From NCBI GenBank assembly GCA_022605425.2, contig CM061247.1:1054001-1118000 (forward strand): a stretch of DNA of 64,000 nt, given 5' to 3'. The translations under genes and the position numbers were made by a program. Source of the DNA: Hamiltosporidium tvaerminnensis FI-OER-3-3. Taxonomy: Eukaryota > Fungi > Microsporidia. Positions 11,305 to 24,700 of the stretch are shown piece by piece; the first letter of the stretch is position 1; each line of letters begins with the position of its first letter. The notes under the pieces were generated by a model, which searched no databases, was not told where the DNA came from, and worked only from the letters and a program-made list of their open reading frames with translations.

Positions 11305-12492
11305 TTATTTTACCAATTTTCTTGCTTCCGTATCAAAGACGGTAGTTTTCTTCATAATTTTAGCAATTGCCATTTCAAAGTCCTCATTAGTTACATGAAC
11401 GCGTCTCTCTCTCATCGCAAACATACCCGCTTCATTACATGCAGCCTTAAGTTCTGCACCAGAACATCCAACTAATTTAGAAGCAATCGTTTCCAAACAA
11501 ATACCTTTCGTTAAATTCATTTTTCTAGAATGAATTTTAATGATTTCAAGCCTTGCATTTCCTTTCGGTGGCGGAAATTCTATTTTTCTATCGATACGTC
11601 CCGGTCTGAGAAGTGCGGGATCCAAAATATCGATTCTGTTTGTAGCCATAATCACTTTTATGTTCTGTTTCGATTCAAAACCATCCAACTGATTTAAAAG
11701 TTCCAACATTGTTCTTTGCACTTCGTTGTCACCACTTTTTGCAGAATCTATTCTTACGGATCCTATCGAGTCTATCTCATCCATAAAAATTATTGAAGGT
11801 GCATGTTCTCTTGCCAACACAAACAACTCTCTTACCAATCTAGAACCTTCTCCGATATACTTTTGAACAAGTTCTGATCCTGAAACACGTATAAATTTAC
11901 ATTCTGTATGATGTGCTACCGCACGAGCCAATAACGTTTTTCCTGTACCTGGCGGTCCATAAAGTAAAACCCCTTTTGGTTGAGGAATTCCTAAATTTTC
12001 AAACAAATCCGGGTGTTTAATGGGCAATTCAATAACTTCTTTAATTTCATTAATTTGTTCATCCAGTCCACCAATCATATCGTATCTCGAATCAGGAACC
12101 TTTTCAACCATCATTAAAGCAATAAGAGGATCAACCACAGGTGGAAGTATCTTATGTATCATATAGCTGTCACTTCTCATAGCTACTCGAGTACCAGAAA
12201 CCAAGGCATCATAATCTATCTGATCTTCTACATCCACCACAATTTTACCTTCCGGTTGTATTTTCACCAAAACTCGTGGTTTCCCCATCTTTTTTACTAC
12301 CACCCCTACAACACTATTGGCTTCCTGTATAGAATCACGTTCTTCTTTTAATGTCTTTACTTGGTTATTTAATTTGTCTCTGATTTCTTTTAAAATTTTT
12401 ATTTTCTTTTGTTCTTCACTTATTTGAATATCTAAGTTGCTAGAAAGAAAAGTGTAGGCGTTGTTTATAGAGGCTGTTGGTATTTCTGTCAT
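11305..12492 (-). CDS. RPT6: 26S proteasome regulatory AAA-ATPase subunit Rpt6 (PSMC5)
   Basis: [82 protein letters not shown] motif 7 nt upstream of the ATG. Confidence 0.95.
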   Translation of the reverse strand: MTEIPTASINNAYTFLSSNLDIQISEEQKKIKILKEIRDKLNNQVKTLKEERDSIQEANSVVGVVVKKMGKPRVLVKIQPEGKIVVDVEDQIDYDALVSGTRVAMRSDSYMIHKILPPVVDPLIALMMVEKVPDSRYDMIGGLDEQINEIKEVIELPIKHPDLFENLGIPQPKGVLLYGPPGTGKTLLARAVAHHTECKFIRVSGSELVQKYIGEGSRLVRELFVLAREHAPSIIFMDEIDSIGSVRIDSAKSGDNEVQRTMLELLNQLDGFESKQNIKVIMATNRIDILDPALLRPGRIDRKIEFPPPKGNARLEIIKIHSRKMNLTKGICLETIASKLVGCSGAELKAACNEAGMFAMRERRVHVTNEDFEMAIAKIMKKTTVFDTEARKLVK

Positions 12493-13149
12493 TGTTTAAG
12501 GGTATTTGTTTTTAATAAATTTATATTTGTAATTTTATTTTAAAGAAAATATTTGTAATTTTTTTATAAGTTTTAAAGAAGAATATTTTTCAAGTGTTTT
12601 GTAGGTATTTTTAGTGTTTTTCGAGTATTTTGTAAAGTTAGAAAAGAAAATTTTATTTTAAAATTATTTTTTTATTTGTTTTTTAAGAAAGGTTTAAACA
12701 AATATTTTCTTATTTTTTATTTTATTTTTTTTGAAGCCTTACAGCTAATACTATATTTCTGCAAGATTTTTCTTATTTTGTAGCTAACTTTTTATTTTAA
12801 GAAATTTTTGTAAGAGGTTTTATTTTTACTTACGTTTTAGAAGCAAAATGATTTTAAGAATTTTATAGAAGTTTTCTAAGAAAAAAATAGGACTTTCAAG
12901 CAGAAAATTTCATATGGCTTTTAGAGAGTACATTTTAAAATTTTTTTTCTGATAATAAACTTTCATTGAAAAATCTTAATCTAAATTTAATCATTGTCTA
13001 TAAATTGGTAGAAAAAAGTACTTGACAGCGAAAATATAAAAAATCAAAAAATAAAGGCTGTAAACAACTAAAATTAATTTAAAAAAGATAAAAACGTCTG
13101 ATAAAGATGTAATAAGAATGCCCGGGGGCTTCCACCACAACCGACTATT

Positions 13150-16100
13150 CATATCGGACCCACTTGGCATAAAGAAATACTTACCAGGCCACACCAGTTC
13201 GCTATCTTGACACCATATATCGTCTTCCCGTGACAATTCATCTGCGTGTAGATTAGAGAGTATCCAAAAAATCTCAATGCGGCTTGGTTTTTCAGAAGGA
13301 AACCCACTCCTAGTATGATATTAAACACTCGACTCTGTCACAGACGTAGACGCGGAAAGATCTATATAGGCTATTCTAGCGCTGAAAATTATATTTGAGT
13401 AGATATCTAGGAATAGCTGCTATGATATTCTTAGGTACTATAATCAGAAATTTGATCGTACGTTTGATATCGATGTGTTGAATTATTGACACAATATGAG
13501 GCGGAAATGAAAAAATGCACGAAGATAATTATTAAAGACGTAAAATCGCCACTTGTTTCGCCAAGCGTTGTCTTAGCTGAGACCGCGCTTCGGGATAATT
13601 TATGTGTGGTATTTGTGGAAAATTAAGGAACTCTCGGAGAAAGAAATTGGAGATTATGTGTTTCGAATTCAAAAGCTTCCAAGTCATTTGATTGATAGTG
13701 GGGTTTGGAATTCAAAGATCTGATAATGGTAAACATGCTAAATCTAATGTACCTATAAATGTTACTTATGCAGCTCGAAATATTCAGGAAGTCCATGGCA
13801 TGCTATGGCGAGGTGCCACGCAAAGCAAATCCTAGATCCCATTGGAAGGAGATTATAGAAAGTAAATTCCTCAAGCTATACTTTAAACTATCTTCTCAGG
13901 AGGCTGTGAACAGGAAAAGCTTCCAACTCAGAAGCGAAAGGCTTTAAGAAAATCATGTTAGAATTTAATTGAAACTTTGGCTGTGTAACTATCTTTATTA
14001 GGCTTTGATAAGAAGAATGATTCTGAATGTCTATAAAAAAAATTACGATGAATGAGAGTAGGAAGCAATTTTGTAACAAGAATTGCATGTTCGAGTTATT
14101 TCGAGTTCTGTTTTAACGTATATTAACTAAGCGCGTTGGATCTGAGCATATGGTTAATCGTAAAGGATTTCCTAATTTTTGTCTACAATGTCAAACTGAG
14201 AGAATAAAGAGGTTACGTATGATAACTTTATGATATATTGTGTCAGATACACAGCAGACGATATTTTCTTCGCTTAAAGAGGTTGTAGCTATTTTCGATT
14301 GGCTGATCAACCAGAGAGTGGCTAGAAGTAAGCGTTATATAACTTGTACATTCAGTTATTTTGGCACTGCTGCTCTGCACGAGCCTTGGTCGTCCTCGGT
14401 AATAATAGTCACTGGTTCTTTTCAAATGAGATTTATTACTTCTTCGAGTTTCTTAACAAGGTGATATTATAGGGTGGGTTGTTAGCCCTACGTCCAACAT
14501 GGAGGATCACTCCCTCTTAGTTGCTTTTTACGACAAGTAGAGAACATACCAACTCTATTCTGCACCCAGCTAGGTGGGGAATAACTTTTACATTGAAACT
14601 TAATTGTATAAATATCATTATGGAATTGTAAAAGTCATTTGTTCAGAAGGAACTCCTCAGCGAATGAATTTAACCTTGAGCTAAATTATCAGATACCAAA
14701 GGTTACACCCCTAATAAGTTCCGAATATAGAGTAATCTCTTGTATTTCCATCCTCTATAAGTTGTGCGAATATGCATGCAACGAAAGTCGTTAGAGTTGA
14801 AGTGTAATGGCGAGGATGTCATACAGAGAACAAAGTAGAGGCGTAAGTAATATACAGAGGGCAGAAGACTAGTTACTGCTAAATATTGCTCTTAAAAAAA
14901 TACGAAAATAATTTAAAGCTACATGGATCAATGTCAGAAAGCAAATGTTTAAAATAATCATGTTTATTGCCTCATTGCTTTTAGAACTAAAACTACCTAA
15001 TTGCAGTCTGATATTTCGGGTAATTATTTAAAAATAGAATATTGATATTAGTCGGGCCCTATAAATCATGAAAAAAAGATTTGTAGATCTATCTGGCAAA
15101 ACAGTGTCTTTTAATATTGTTCTTTTTGTGGCGTATTTATCTGTAGTTTAAAATCCTAATAAGAAATACACAAATGTAACAATACAAATGAATGTTTTGT
15201 CCCAATCTACTAAACATCTCTTGTTCACAGATCATTCCAAGCTTCTTGTCAAATATGAACAAACTTCAGAACAGATCACAGAAGAGATAAAAATTGTATA
15301 AATAAGATTGATGATCAACAAAGTGAAGTCGGCTATACATAATCTGTGTTTTGAAGATAGTGCTAATTTTCTTAAGAATAAGTGTTTAGAAATATCCTAG
15401 AATCCCAGAGATTTCAAAAAATTCTCTCACAAGAAAGTATTTACAGAATACAAATTTAACCGATAGCACGAGTAAAAAGACTGTGCCGCATACGATTAAA
15501 TGTATAAATATTTTCCAATCTATTACCTTGCATGAAAATTTTAGTAAACTATCACATAACTGTACTTCGACTGATAACGACTGACTTTTTTGAGTTAGAT
15601 GATGCGCTGCGTGCGGTGTTAGTAAAGAACTTAATACATACACGCCTAGGAATTAAAAAACGTTTATACCATTTTCGTAAAGAACTTGGAAAAGACTTCA
15701 CTGTTTTGATTTAAGAAGCAAACATATGCTTTTGCCCCTCTTATATTGTCTGGAAAAGGTGAAAGAAATTTCAACTAGACGAGCAGAAATCCATAAGGTG
15801 GAAAATACTAAAAAAAATACCTTGCTTTATAGAATGTTTCATAAAAGTGAAGTATAGGTTGGAAAAAGAACTAACTACGAAGGGTTTTGAATAGCTCAAC
15901 TTTCAAAACTATATAACGTAATAGCAAAACGAAAACTTCATTAAAATTTATAAACTGCAAAAAAATGAGCTTTTAAGTGTTTGCTACTTTTCAAGATGGC
16001 TAAAGAAAGAAAACATTAGGCCACGTGATGCAATTTTTTTTTCGCTATATCTAGGATAGAAATATTTCTCGAGAACAGATATTGTGTGTCAACACTGCGG

Positions 16101-16950
16101 CAAGTCTGATAAAACATAAGAACATTTAGCGATCGATGTAAGAAAATGCTAGATAATGGCTACATCAAAGGCAATATGCAGGGATTAGATGCGTGCATCG
16201 TTTCCTCTAAATAGATATAAGTTCGAGTCTACAAAACAGGTTAGGAACCATTTAGTGCGAGAAATTCTTGAAAACGAGTATGCAGATATAAAGGGTGACA
16301 CCAAGATAAAAGCTGATTTTATGCTTCGGAATAATAAGCCCGATATATTTATTTGCAATCAGAAGAATAGATAACACTTATTGAAGTAGGAATTACTTCC
16401 CAGGATTCACTTTAAATAGTGAAACAGAAAAACTAAGGAGTTAAGACCTGCTAGTCAATGAGCTGGATCTTATTTATAGGGGTAATGTTGATATAATACC
16501 GTATGTTCTGACTTGGAACGGTATTGTGTCAAAATGCCACAACTAACACTTTAAAAGACAGCAAATCTCTCATGATATAGAAGCATATATACAATCCATG
16601 ATGCTTAAGAACCCTACCGAAACAATTTTCTTTGATCGAGAACAGAGCTTGAGTCGGATTAAAAGCGGAAGATAACCAAGAAAAGGCCTTAATGGGTGTT
16701 TTTGAGAGAGCCGAGAAGCATGAGGAACAAACATATTTTTTAAAACAAGCGTGTAAGATAAGGATGGTGTTAATGAAATGGGAACAAAAAATATTTTACC
16801 CTTATTTCAGAAGAAGGAACCATTTTATAGGAATCGACGATAATTATCAATCAATGTTGATATTAGAAAAAAAAACAACTGTAGTAAAAGAGGTGAGAAA
16901 AACGCATAAAAATTGTGAAAATATTTTAACCTCGAATTTTATATAATAAA
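13150..16950 (+). mobile_element. Decayed non-LTR retrotransposon (RT plus restriction-like endonuclease, R4/Dong-like), copy A
   Basis: Fragmented frames colinear with the copy at ~20100-23428: ELDDALRAVLVKN, CQHC zinc-knuckle region near 16085, NEYADIKGDTKIKAD...NNKPDIFI. Same 3' end (attttaacc...gaattttat...aataaa). The 5' boundary is approximate. Confidence 0.85.
14353..14580 (-). mobile_element. 228 bp non-autonomous RTE-like element (family C) nested in LINE copy A
   Basis: 14-bp TSD with 1 mismatch (ataacttgtacatt 14339-14352, ataacttttacatt 14581-14594). Absent from the homologous site of LINE copy B. Ends resemble RTE termini as I recall them. Confidence 0.7.
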
Positions 16951-17360
16951 AGTCGGATTTTACGCCAAAAAAATAAAAAAAACATGCAATTTATTCAATT
17001 CCCATATATATGTCAGTGTATTTATGAAATTAAAGATCTATAAAACAGAAAAATATATTCTTGAATAGTATTTATTTTAGGAGCAACTCTATTTAGAGTA
17101 TTCGTTAAGTTTTTCAAATGTTTTTTTGGATTACAAATAAAATAGTTTTTAAGATAACTGGTTTTTTTAAAAAGCAGCTAAACGAATGCTTGAATTGTTT
17201 TTCCGATAAGCGTAGTTGCGAATATAAAAGACCTTTTAGAAGATCAGAATCTTTCATTTCACTTACATCATTTTTTTCACAACGATCAAAAATAATTTTC
17301 ATTTCATTTACATTAATTTTTTAAATTATTCTGGTATTCTATAATTCCGTAAAGATTATA

Positions 17361-18068
17361 TTTATTTAAAAGTAATGTGATACTTTTAAAATAGTGGAAA
17401 ATGTTATATTTGTTTTCATGACATTAACATAGTTGTAGATTTAACATAAATGACTGCTATTAACAACTCCAACAGTAACCCCTGCAATACCTACATCTCA
17501 AAGCCTTTCATCTAACAGGTGTGTTGAACCCAATTACTAAGCGAGGCAGTTGCCCGGAGGCCGTTAATATCTGTTGCATGGAGTTCGATCGAAGCACCCC
17601 CCCAGGCTATGCAGCATTCACAATTACTCTACACATCCTGAACCTAATAAAATTTTAGCTAAGATATTTTTCAGAGATTTACATGGGGCCTACCAGACAG
17701 TGCAATGTCATACCAACAGGTATAACCTGCCTTAGCTCTCCCGGCTTTTAATGGTTTTTATTTTTATATCTCCCAGGCGCTAAGTCTTCTAACCCGAGTG
17801 AGCAAGGCTAGGTTTCCATGCTTTTACATGGCAATTACCTACATGTTCAGCTGCGGTCTGCAATCTGGTTACATAAAAAACTACAAATAAATTCGTAGAA
17901 AAAGTTTCTCCATTTATTAGACGTCTCTTCCTCATAACAACTTCCATGGAACAGTCGATGATCTAATGTGGTTTTATTCCCTCCAAAAATTCAAACAATG
18001 ATCCTCACACTAGTTTCACATACTCATTGCCAAGCAGAAAGTTTTTTATGTGGTTATCCTCCCACCAC
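17361..18068 (-). mobile_element. Family A SINE-like repeat copy 3
   Basis: Reverse complement of copy 2, with a ~20 nt deletion that removes the UUCG-type hairpin. No clear TSD. Confidence 0.9.
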
Positions 18069-20099
18069 TTTCTTATAAAATATAAAATTATATTTTATTA
18101 AAACCCTAATTAAGAAAGAAAGAATACAAAAGACTAGGAGTAACAAAATAAATAAAATTTTCTTTCTACAAAACAACTCTTAAGTTACACTGGTTAACAA
18201 ACCTTTTAATTTAAATGATAGAGCTTTTCTCACTCAAAATTCTTTTTATCTGAATGCCTCGAGAAAGGTTACCACACTAGGTGAAAATCGTATCTAATAA
18301 ATAAATTTAAGTTTTTAAAAAAACCATAAAAAAATCTAAAAAGAAGTGTTAAACGGCGTTAAGCTTAAATTTTTGGTGTGAATTGCTTGATTATTTCATA
18401 CTGCTTGTTATATAGCTTATTTCATCTTCTTTTCTCTTTTTAATTAATTTTTTTCTATAATTTTGTCATTTCTTTACAAATTTTAAGCCAAATATTCTTG
18501 TTTTTTGTTTGGTTAAAACCTTTTTTTCCCATTAGGTTGTACATATAATTTCAGGCAAATAACTGCTATATTTAAATCAGATCTAATCTTGAAATAGATA
18601 TCGTTGCGCTGTCAAACATTTGTTGCTATAATAAAAGTTATAATTTTGAAAAACGATGATTATAAATTTAAATTATATGTTATTGCTTTTGTTCTTATTT
18701 CTTGTGATTATCTCTTGAATATATTCTTCTGATTATTCTAGTTCTCATAGTTTATTTTAAATCATTTTATACTTAAAACGTTTTTGATGAAGCAAGAATG
18801 AAAACTACGAAAATATATCTTATTGGGGATAATTTGTTTAAATCGTTGTGAAAATTATGTGGTAGATTTTTTGGTTGTGTTTTAAATATTTATATAAAGA
18901 GAAGATGTTCTTTGAAATCGTAAATTATTATCTAATCAGCTATTTAAGTTTTTTAAATATAAGATTCTATTTAACAATTGAACTTGTAGTAATTTATATG
19001 ATAAAGCATAGAAAGCTTGTTTGTCTCAACCAGGGTAGAAGAGGCGAAAACATAGCCTATCTAAACCAAAAAGCGTATATAGCGTATAATACAGATTAAT
19101 ATATCATTGTTGGGTATTTATAGATCCGCGTAGGGCAAAGGAGTTATATTGAAGCGGAATTATTTGGATAAGAATGTTCAAAGCAGGCAAAATATGTCGT
19201 TTGAGCCTTTAAAAGATATCCCGACCCTCAAATACGTTTGAAAGAGCTTTAATGCATTTAAACTAACTTTTGCGTATTAAATAGATATTATGCCTCATTT
19301 TTTACTTAATTCTTGAAATATAGGTACCTAAAAGATACCGATAGAGTGTTTAAATAAAATAATATAGAAACCCCAAAACGCATTGATATATACAAAAAAT
19401 AAGCAGCCGGATTTAAATTGTAATAATTATGGAATTCAAAATATAAAGAGCTATATATATTTTTTTAAAATAATTTGTGTCAAAGATTGTGGTTTTTGTT
19501 TCCTTAATATAAAGTTTTTGAGTTATATTTTTGAATTTAACTTAACTTTTGGTTCCTGGGTTCTTTAATATTTCCGAATATATATTTTACCGAACTCTCG
19601 ATCTGAATATTATAAACATACATGAACATTTCATTAAAAACATGGAGAACCAAGTGATGTAAAAATATTATTACATAAATACTATTCATTTAAAGCATTA
19701 TGGCTAAAAAGAAAAATTTTTTGCAGCGAAAAGTAAAAATAATAAAATAAAGAATGCGAACAACACCGATAGAGGCATAAAGGCAAAATATAATGCAAAA
19801 GCGTGAGCAACACCTAACTGCAAATTATATATCTTCTTCCTCCTACACTAATACAATATAATCTACGAAAAATCAAACATGCAGTAACATGGAAAATGCT
19901 GAACTTGATATCTTGCTTTTGCCTAATATACCACTTCCCTCTTTGGTTAAAGTGTACCATTACGAGCCATCGTACGGCATGAACCCCCTGTAATCTAGCT
20001 ATTCTTGAAGGTAAGAAGCTAGTGGCATTGCTGGCAATATTTGATTCCGTAACAGCCAACTCGAAGGAATGACCTCGATGTGTTTTTTTTTGCAGTGCC

Positions 20100-23000
20100 A
20101 ACAAGGTTTGAAAGGATGCGAAATGGCTGGTCAGAGTTTTACAGGTACTAAAATGAAAAATTCAGCTGCGCTGTAACCCTCGACGCGCAAAAAACTTGCA
20201 CAAAGTGAAATTTTATGAGATAAAATCCGAATAGGAATGAGAGCGACGTAGAATCGCATCTTTTCTCACCGACCCATGCTTTCTAACTGACATTGCACTC
20301 TATATTAATCTGAAAGAGAAGTACTTTAGTAAAATCAAAGAAATTTCGGACAAATAAATCAGAAATGCAGTGGTCTTAACTTGAAACTCTGCGGAAATTG
20401 GTTGACAGTATAATTTCGGCCCTCATTAATCGAAATTTTGGTGAGTATTGATTCTCATAGACCGATGACGATAACTGACGTGGCACAGATATTCGAGGTA
20501 GCGCAGGCATGATATGACGAGGAAACACGCAAAGAGCGACCAAGATCAATGTTAAAAGAAAACATCGAGGGGGCAATCTCATTTTTAAAGTTTTAAAAGA
20601 TATCCTCGAGAACGCGCGTAGACAGGAGAAACTCTCTTCTTCTCACGCAAAAAGTCTCAGAAAATTTTTGAGAGTTTAATCAAGACTTAGGCACAACAAT
20701 GATCTTTCTAGGCTTTAGTTAAGAAAAATCAGTCTTTGAATGTCTATGTGAAAAACTTACAATGCACGAAAGTAAGAAGAAATTTCGAAGAGGGAACGAT
20801 ATGTTTGAGCTGTTTGAGGTCTATCTGAGCCTTGAAACTGAGCATGTGGTTATTCTTTATGAAATTGTGAGTTTATATTCTACAATATGTAACAAAAAGG
20901 ATAACACAGTCATGTTGAAAATTGTTTGATTCTATTTATATCAGATGAATATACGAATATGTTCCCTTAACTGTAAGAATTTGTAAATATCATCTTTTAG
21001 CTTTATAATTGGGAAGTTGCTGGAATTGATGATATTTATATTTTTTATTCGCGAAACTTCCAATTCTTCATAAATATCTTTATGATACTGTTAACCGAAT
21101 TTGTTTAGAAAGAACGCATCAGGTTGAATGGTTTTACCGTGGAGTAACTTATCTAATACCAAAAGTACACTATTAAGAAGTTCCGGCTATAAGTCAATAA
21201 CCTATGTTTCAACCCTATAAAAACTTACGGCGAAATGCGTAAAGAGAGTCGTTTAGCTTGAAGTGGAAAGAAGAAGTTTGCTATAAGATAACCAGTTAGG
21301 AGCAGTGATAGGTAGGGCAAACGATAAAGTCTTACTGAAAATTACCTGAATTAATGAGTATTGAAATCATCTTAAGGAAACGTGGATTGATGCCAAAAAA
21401 GCGTATATTTTGATAGATAATTCTTAATTTACACAATGTATCGAAAATCTCAATTTACCGGATAGGATCCTGAGATTTATAAAAGTAATTATATCCAAAA
21501 TGTAAATATAATATGAGTAGGGTCTGAAAAAAAATTAATATAAAGATTCAGAGAGAAATTTTGTAAGACGATAGTTTTTCCCCATTTTTGTTATGTATGA
21601 ATCCTTAAACCGAAAGCTAAATGAAAAATACACAAAGGTGACAATACACAATGATGCAGATTCTCATACTACACATCAAATCTTGTTCATTGATGATTCT
21701 AAGCCTTTTGCCAAAGATTTAAAACATCGGAAGAGAGTACAGAGGAGGTGAAAAGGTGATGAATAATATAGGATTGGAAATAAAAAAATAGGAGTCGGTC
21801 ACAAATGACCCGTGGTGTGAATAAATGCTTCTCTTATTGAATGAAAAATGTTTGTAAATACCTTAGAATAATAGAAGATAGCAGAGGAATCCAAACATCT
21901 GAATCGTTTTATGAAGACAGACCAAAGTGATTTAAGAGTCGAAAGACCTTTTCGCACAAGATAGAATGCAAAAAAAATATTTTCTGAAATTAATCAACAT
22001 GCGATTTCAATTTTCAACTATCACAAAGGAGTATTTCGACTTGAACCGGCGAATTTCTCAAAGTTAGATGATTTAGTGCGCGCGGTGTTGGTGAAGAATA
22101 AAATACATCTTCGCCCGGGATGTAAAGAGCGTTTGTACCTTCCTAGAACAGAACTTGGAAGAGGCCTACATAGTGTTGAGTTGCGAAGCGAACATATGCT
22201 TCTGCAACTCTTGGATTGTCTGGAAAAAAGTCAAGAAATATCAACTAGACGAGAAGCAATCCTAAAGGTGGAAAATAAAAACAAAATCCATCTTATACCA
22301 ATAAAAAGTATAAAGGTCAAGTATAGGTAGGAAGAAGAAGTCATTAAGAAGAATTTAGAAGAAGCCCAACTTGCAAAATTATACAACAAATTCGAAAAAC
22401 GAAAAATTCGCGCAAAGTTATATAATGCAAAAAAATGAGCTTTTAAGTGATAGTGACGCTTCAAGATGGCTGAAGGAAAGGAATATTAGGCCACGCAATT
22501 AAACAGTTTTCTATTATATTCAGGATAGAAATATATTCTGGCAGTAGATGGTATGTTCTAGCACTGCAACCAGTCTAGGAAAACAGTAGACCATTTAGCA
22601 ATTTGATGTGATAAAATACTTGTTCATTACTTTTCTAGCCGAAAAAATGAAGCGGTACGATGCTCACACTTACTTCTCCTAAATAAAAATAACTTTAAGT
22701 CCTCAAACAAATTTTGAGTCACTCAGTTCAAGAAATTCTTGATATGAGTATGCAGAGATAAGAGTGGACACCAGAATTAAAACTGATGTTAAAATTCGTA
22801 ATAACAGACCGGACATATTTATTTTAGATAAGTAGAAGAATAAGATAACACTCATTGAAGTAGGAATCACTTCCCATGATTCACTTCAAATAGTTGAAAC
22901 TTAAAAACTTAGGAAGTATGATCTGCTAGCCAATGAGTTGGTCTTATTTATAAGTGTAATGTTTAGATAATTCTTTATATGATGAACTGGAACGGTATAG

Positions 23001-23428
23001 TGAAAAAATACCATAATTCTCACCTTAAAAAATTAGAAATACCCTGAATGTAGAAGCATACATTCAGTCTATAGTACTTAGAAGACGGTCGAAATAATTT
23101 CCTTTGATCGACGAAAAGGACTTGAGTAAAGACTAAATGCCGAACAGAGCACGGAGAGAGCGTCAATGTGTGTTATTATGAGAACAGAGATGTATGAGGA
23201 ACCAACACCCCCTTTAAAAGAAGAGAAGAGAGAGGAAGATGGTGCAAAAAATTTTAAACCAAAAAATAAAGCACCCTTTATTTCACAAGGAGGAACCACT
23301 TTAGAGGAACCGACCAATAACATAAATGAAGAGTCGGATTTGGAAGAAGAGACAAAAGTGGTTAAAGAGGTAGAAGAAAACATATAAAAATGGTAAAAAT
23401 ATTTTAACCCAGAATTTTATTAAATAAA
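20100..23428 (+). mobile_element. Decayed non-LTR retrotransposon (RT plus RLE, R4/Dong-like), copy B
   Basis: RT catalytic FIDD at 21686-21697; KERLYLPRTELGRGL; RLE core DTRIKTDVKIRNNRPDIFILDK..ITLIEVGIT...KLRKYDLLANEL. Many stops and frameshifts. The 5' boundary is approximate. Confidence 0.88.
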
Positions 23429-23764
23429 AATATATTTTCACTTGACCCATATTATATTTAGAAACAAAATACCTCAAGTTTTAATTTGGGAGTGTTAAAC
23501 ATGAATGAATGGAAAATAAAGGGGGGTATAAATATATTGGAAATATAGGGGGGGGTGTATTAGAAATAACGGGCACAAAGAACACGGGGAGGGCATTATG
23601 GACCGCGACAATTATTATCAATTGGCATAATTGATCCTTTGAGGGTTTGAAAAAGTATTTTACTAAATTGTGATTTGTGGTGGAAACTACTTGTCCTTTT
23701 TTAAGAAAATATAGGATATAAACTTCTAATTTCATCTAAAATTTATTATATTATATTATAACTA

Positions 23765-24700
23765 GAAGTTAAGCACGCAGAAAAGAACTTTCTTTTAAAT
23801 TCATGAGAAAAAAACTCCAAAAATAATATTAAACTTCAATATCTGACTATAGTTTCTCAAACTTTTCAATACGAATTTCTTATTCTCACCTGGTCGGTTT
23901 TTCGTTTAGTTTTTTAGTCTTTAATTTCTAAATTATACGCGCTTTGAGTTATTTCCAAATAAAAATTTAAGCCTTTTTAACCTCATATTTCTCTTATTTT
24001 TTTATATTAACTTCTAATTTTCCAGAGCTTTAGCTAGGCATTAGTACCTAGTCTATTTGCTTTCAACCTATTTTTATTCAATTGTGTCTTTTTTCTCGAA
24101 AAAATTTATTCTTGTGATGTGTTTTATTTGTCTGAATTAAACAGTGTTTTATAACGATATGCTTAAATGGTAATCTATTTATTGTATAATTCGCTCAGAC
24201 ATTTTGATTAAAAACCTTTTAATTTAATCAAGTTTAAGTTACACTAAGATATTTAAGCAAAATTATTTTTTATAATTATTATTGAGAATATAAATAGATA
24301 ATATTACAGAAAAGAATGGTAAAAAAGCCAAAATATTATCATTCATTTTTTAGTAACTGTAAATTAATAAAAAAGAAATCTTACCACATTGATTTGACTT
24401 TTATTAATTTGAATATCTAGAACTAAATAAAGAACAACTCTAACATGTTTTCTTCATAAATAATACAATTTACAGAAGATCTATGCATTTTAATCCAAAT
24501 ATTTTTTTGAACCAATAGAATCTTTCTAATTCATACATGTTCAGTTCTACTTACTATGATTAATTGTTTAAGGTTTATGGACAAATAAAAAGAGATATAT
24601 CCTAATCGGTGCACTTTTGTCGGTGTCTTATAGTGTTCTCACCAATTAAACATGTCGAGGTGAATCGTCGTCGGAACATTGATGAATTATATAAATGATA
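23765..24700. repeat. Partner of the inverted duplication at 8800-9775
   Basis: Same colinear blocks, in reverse complement. Confidence 0.7.
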
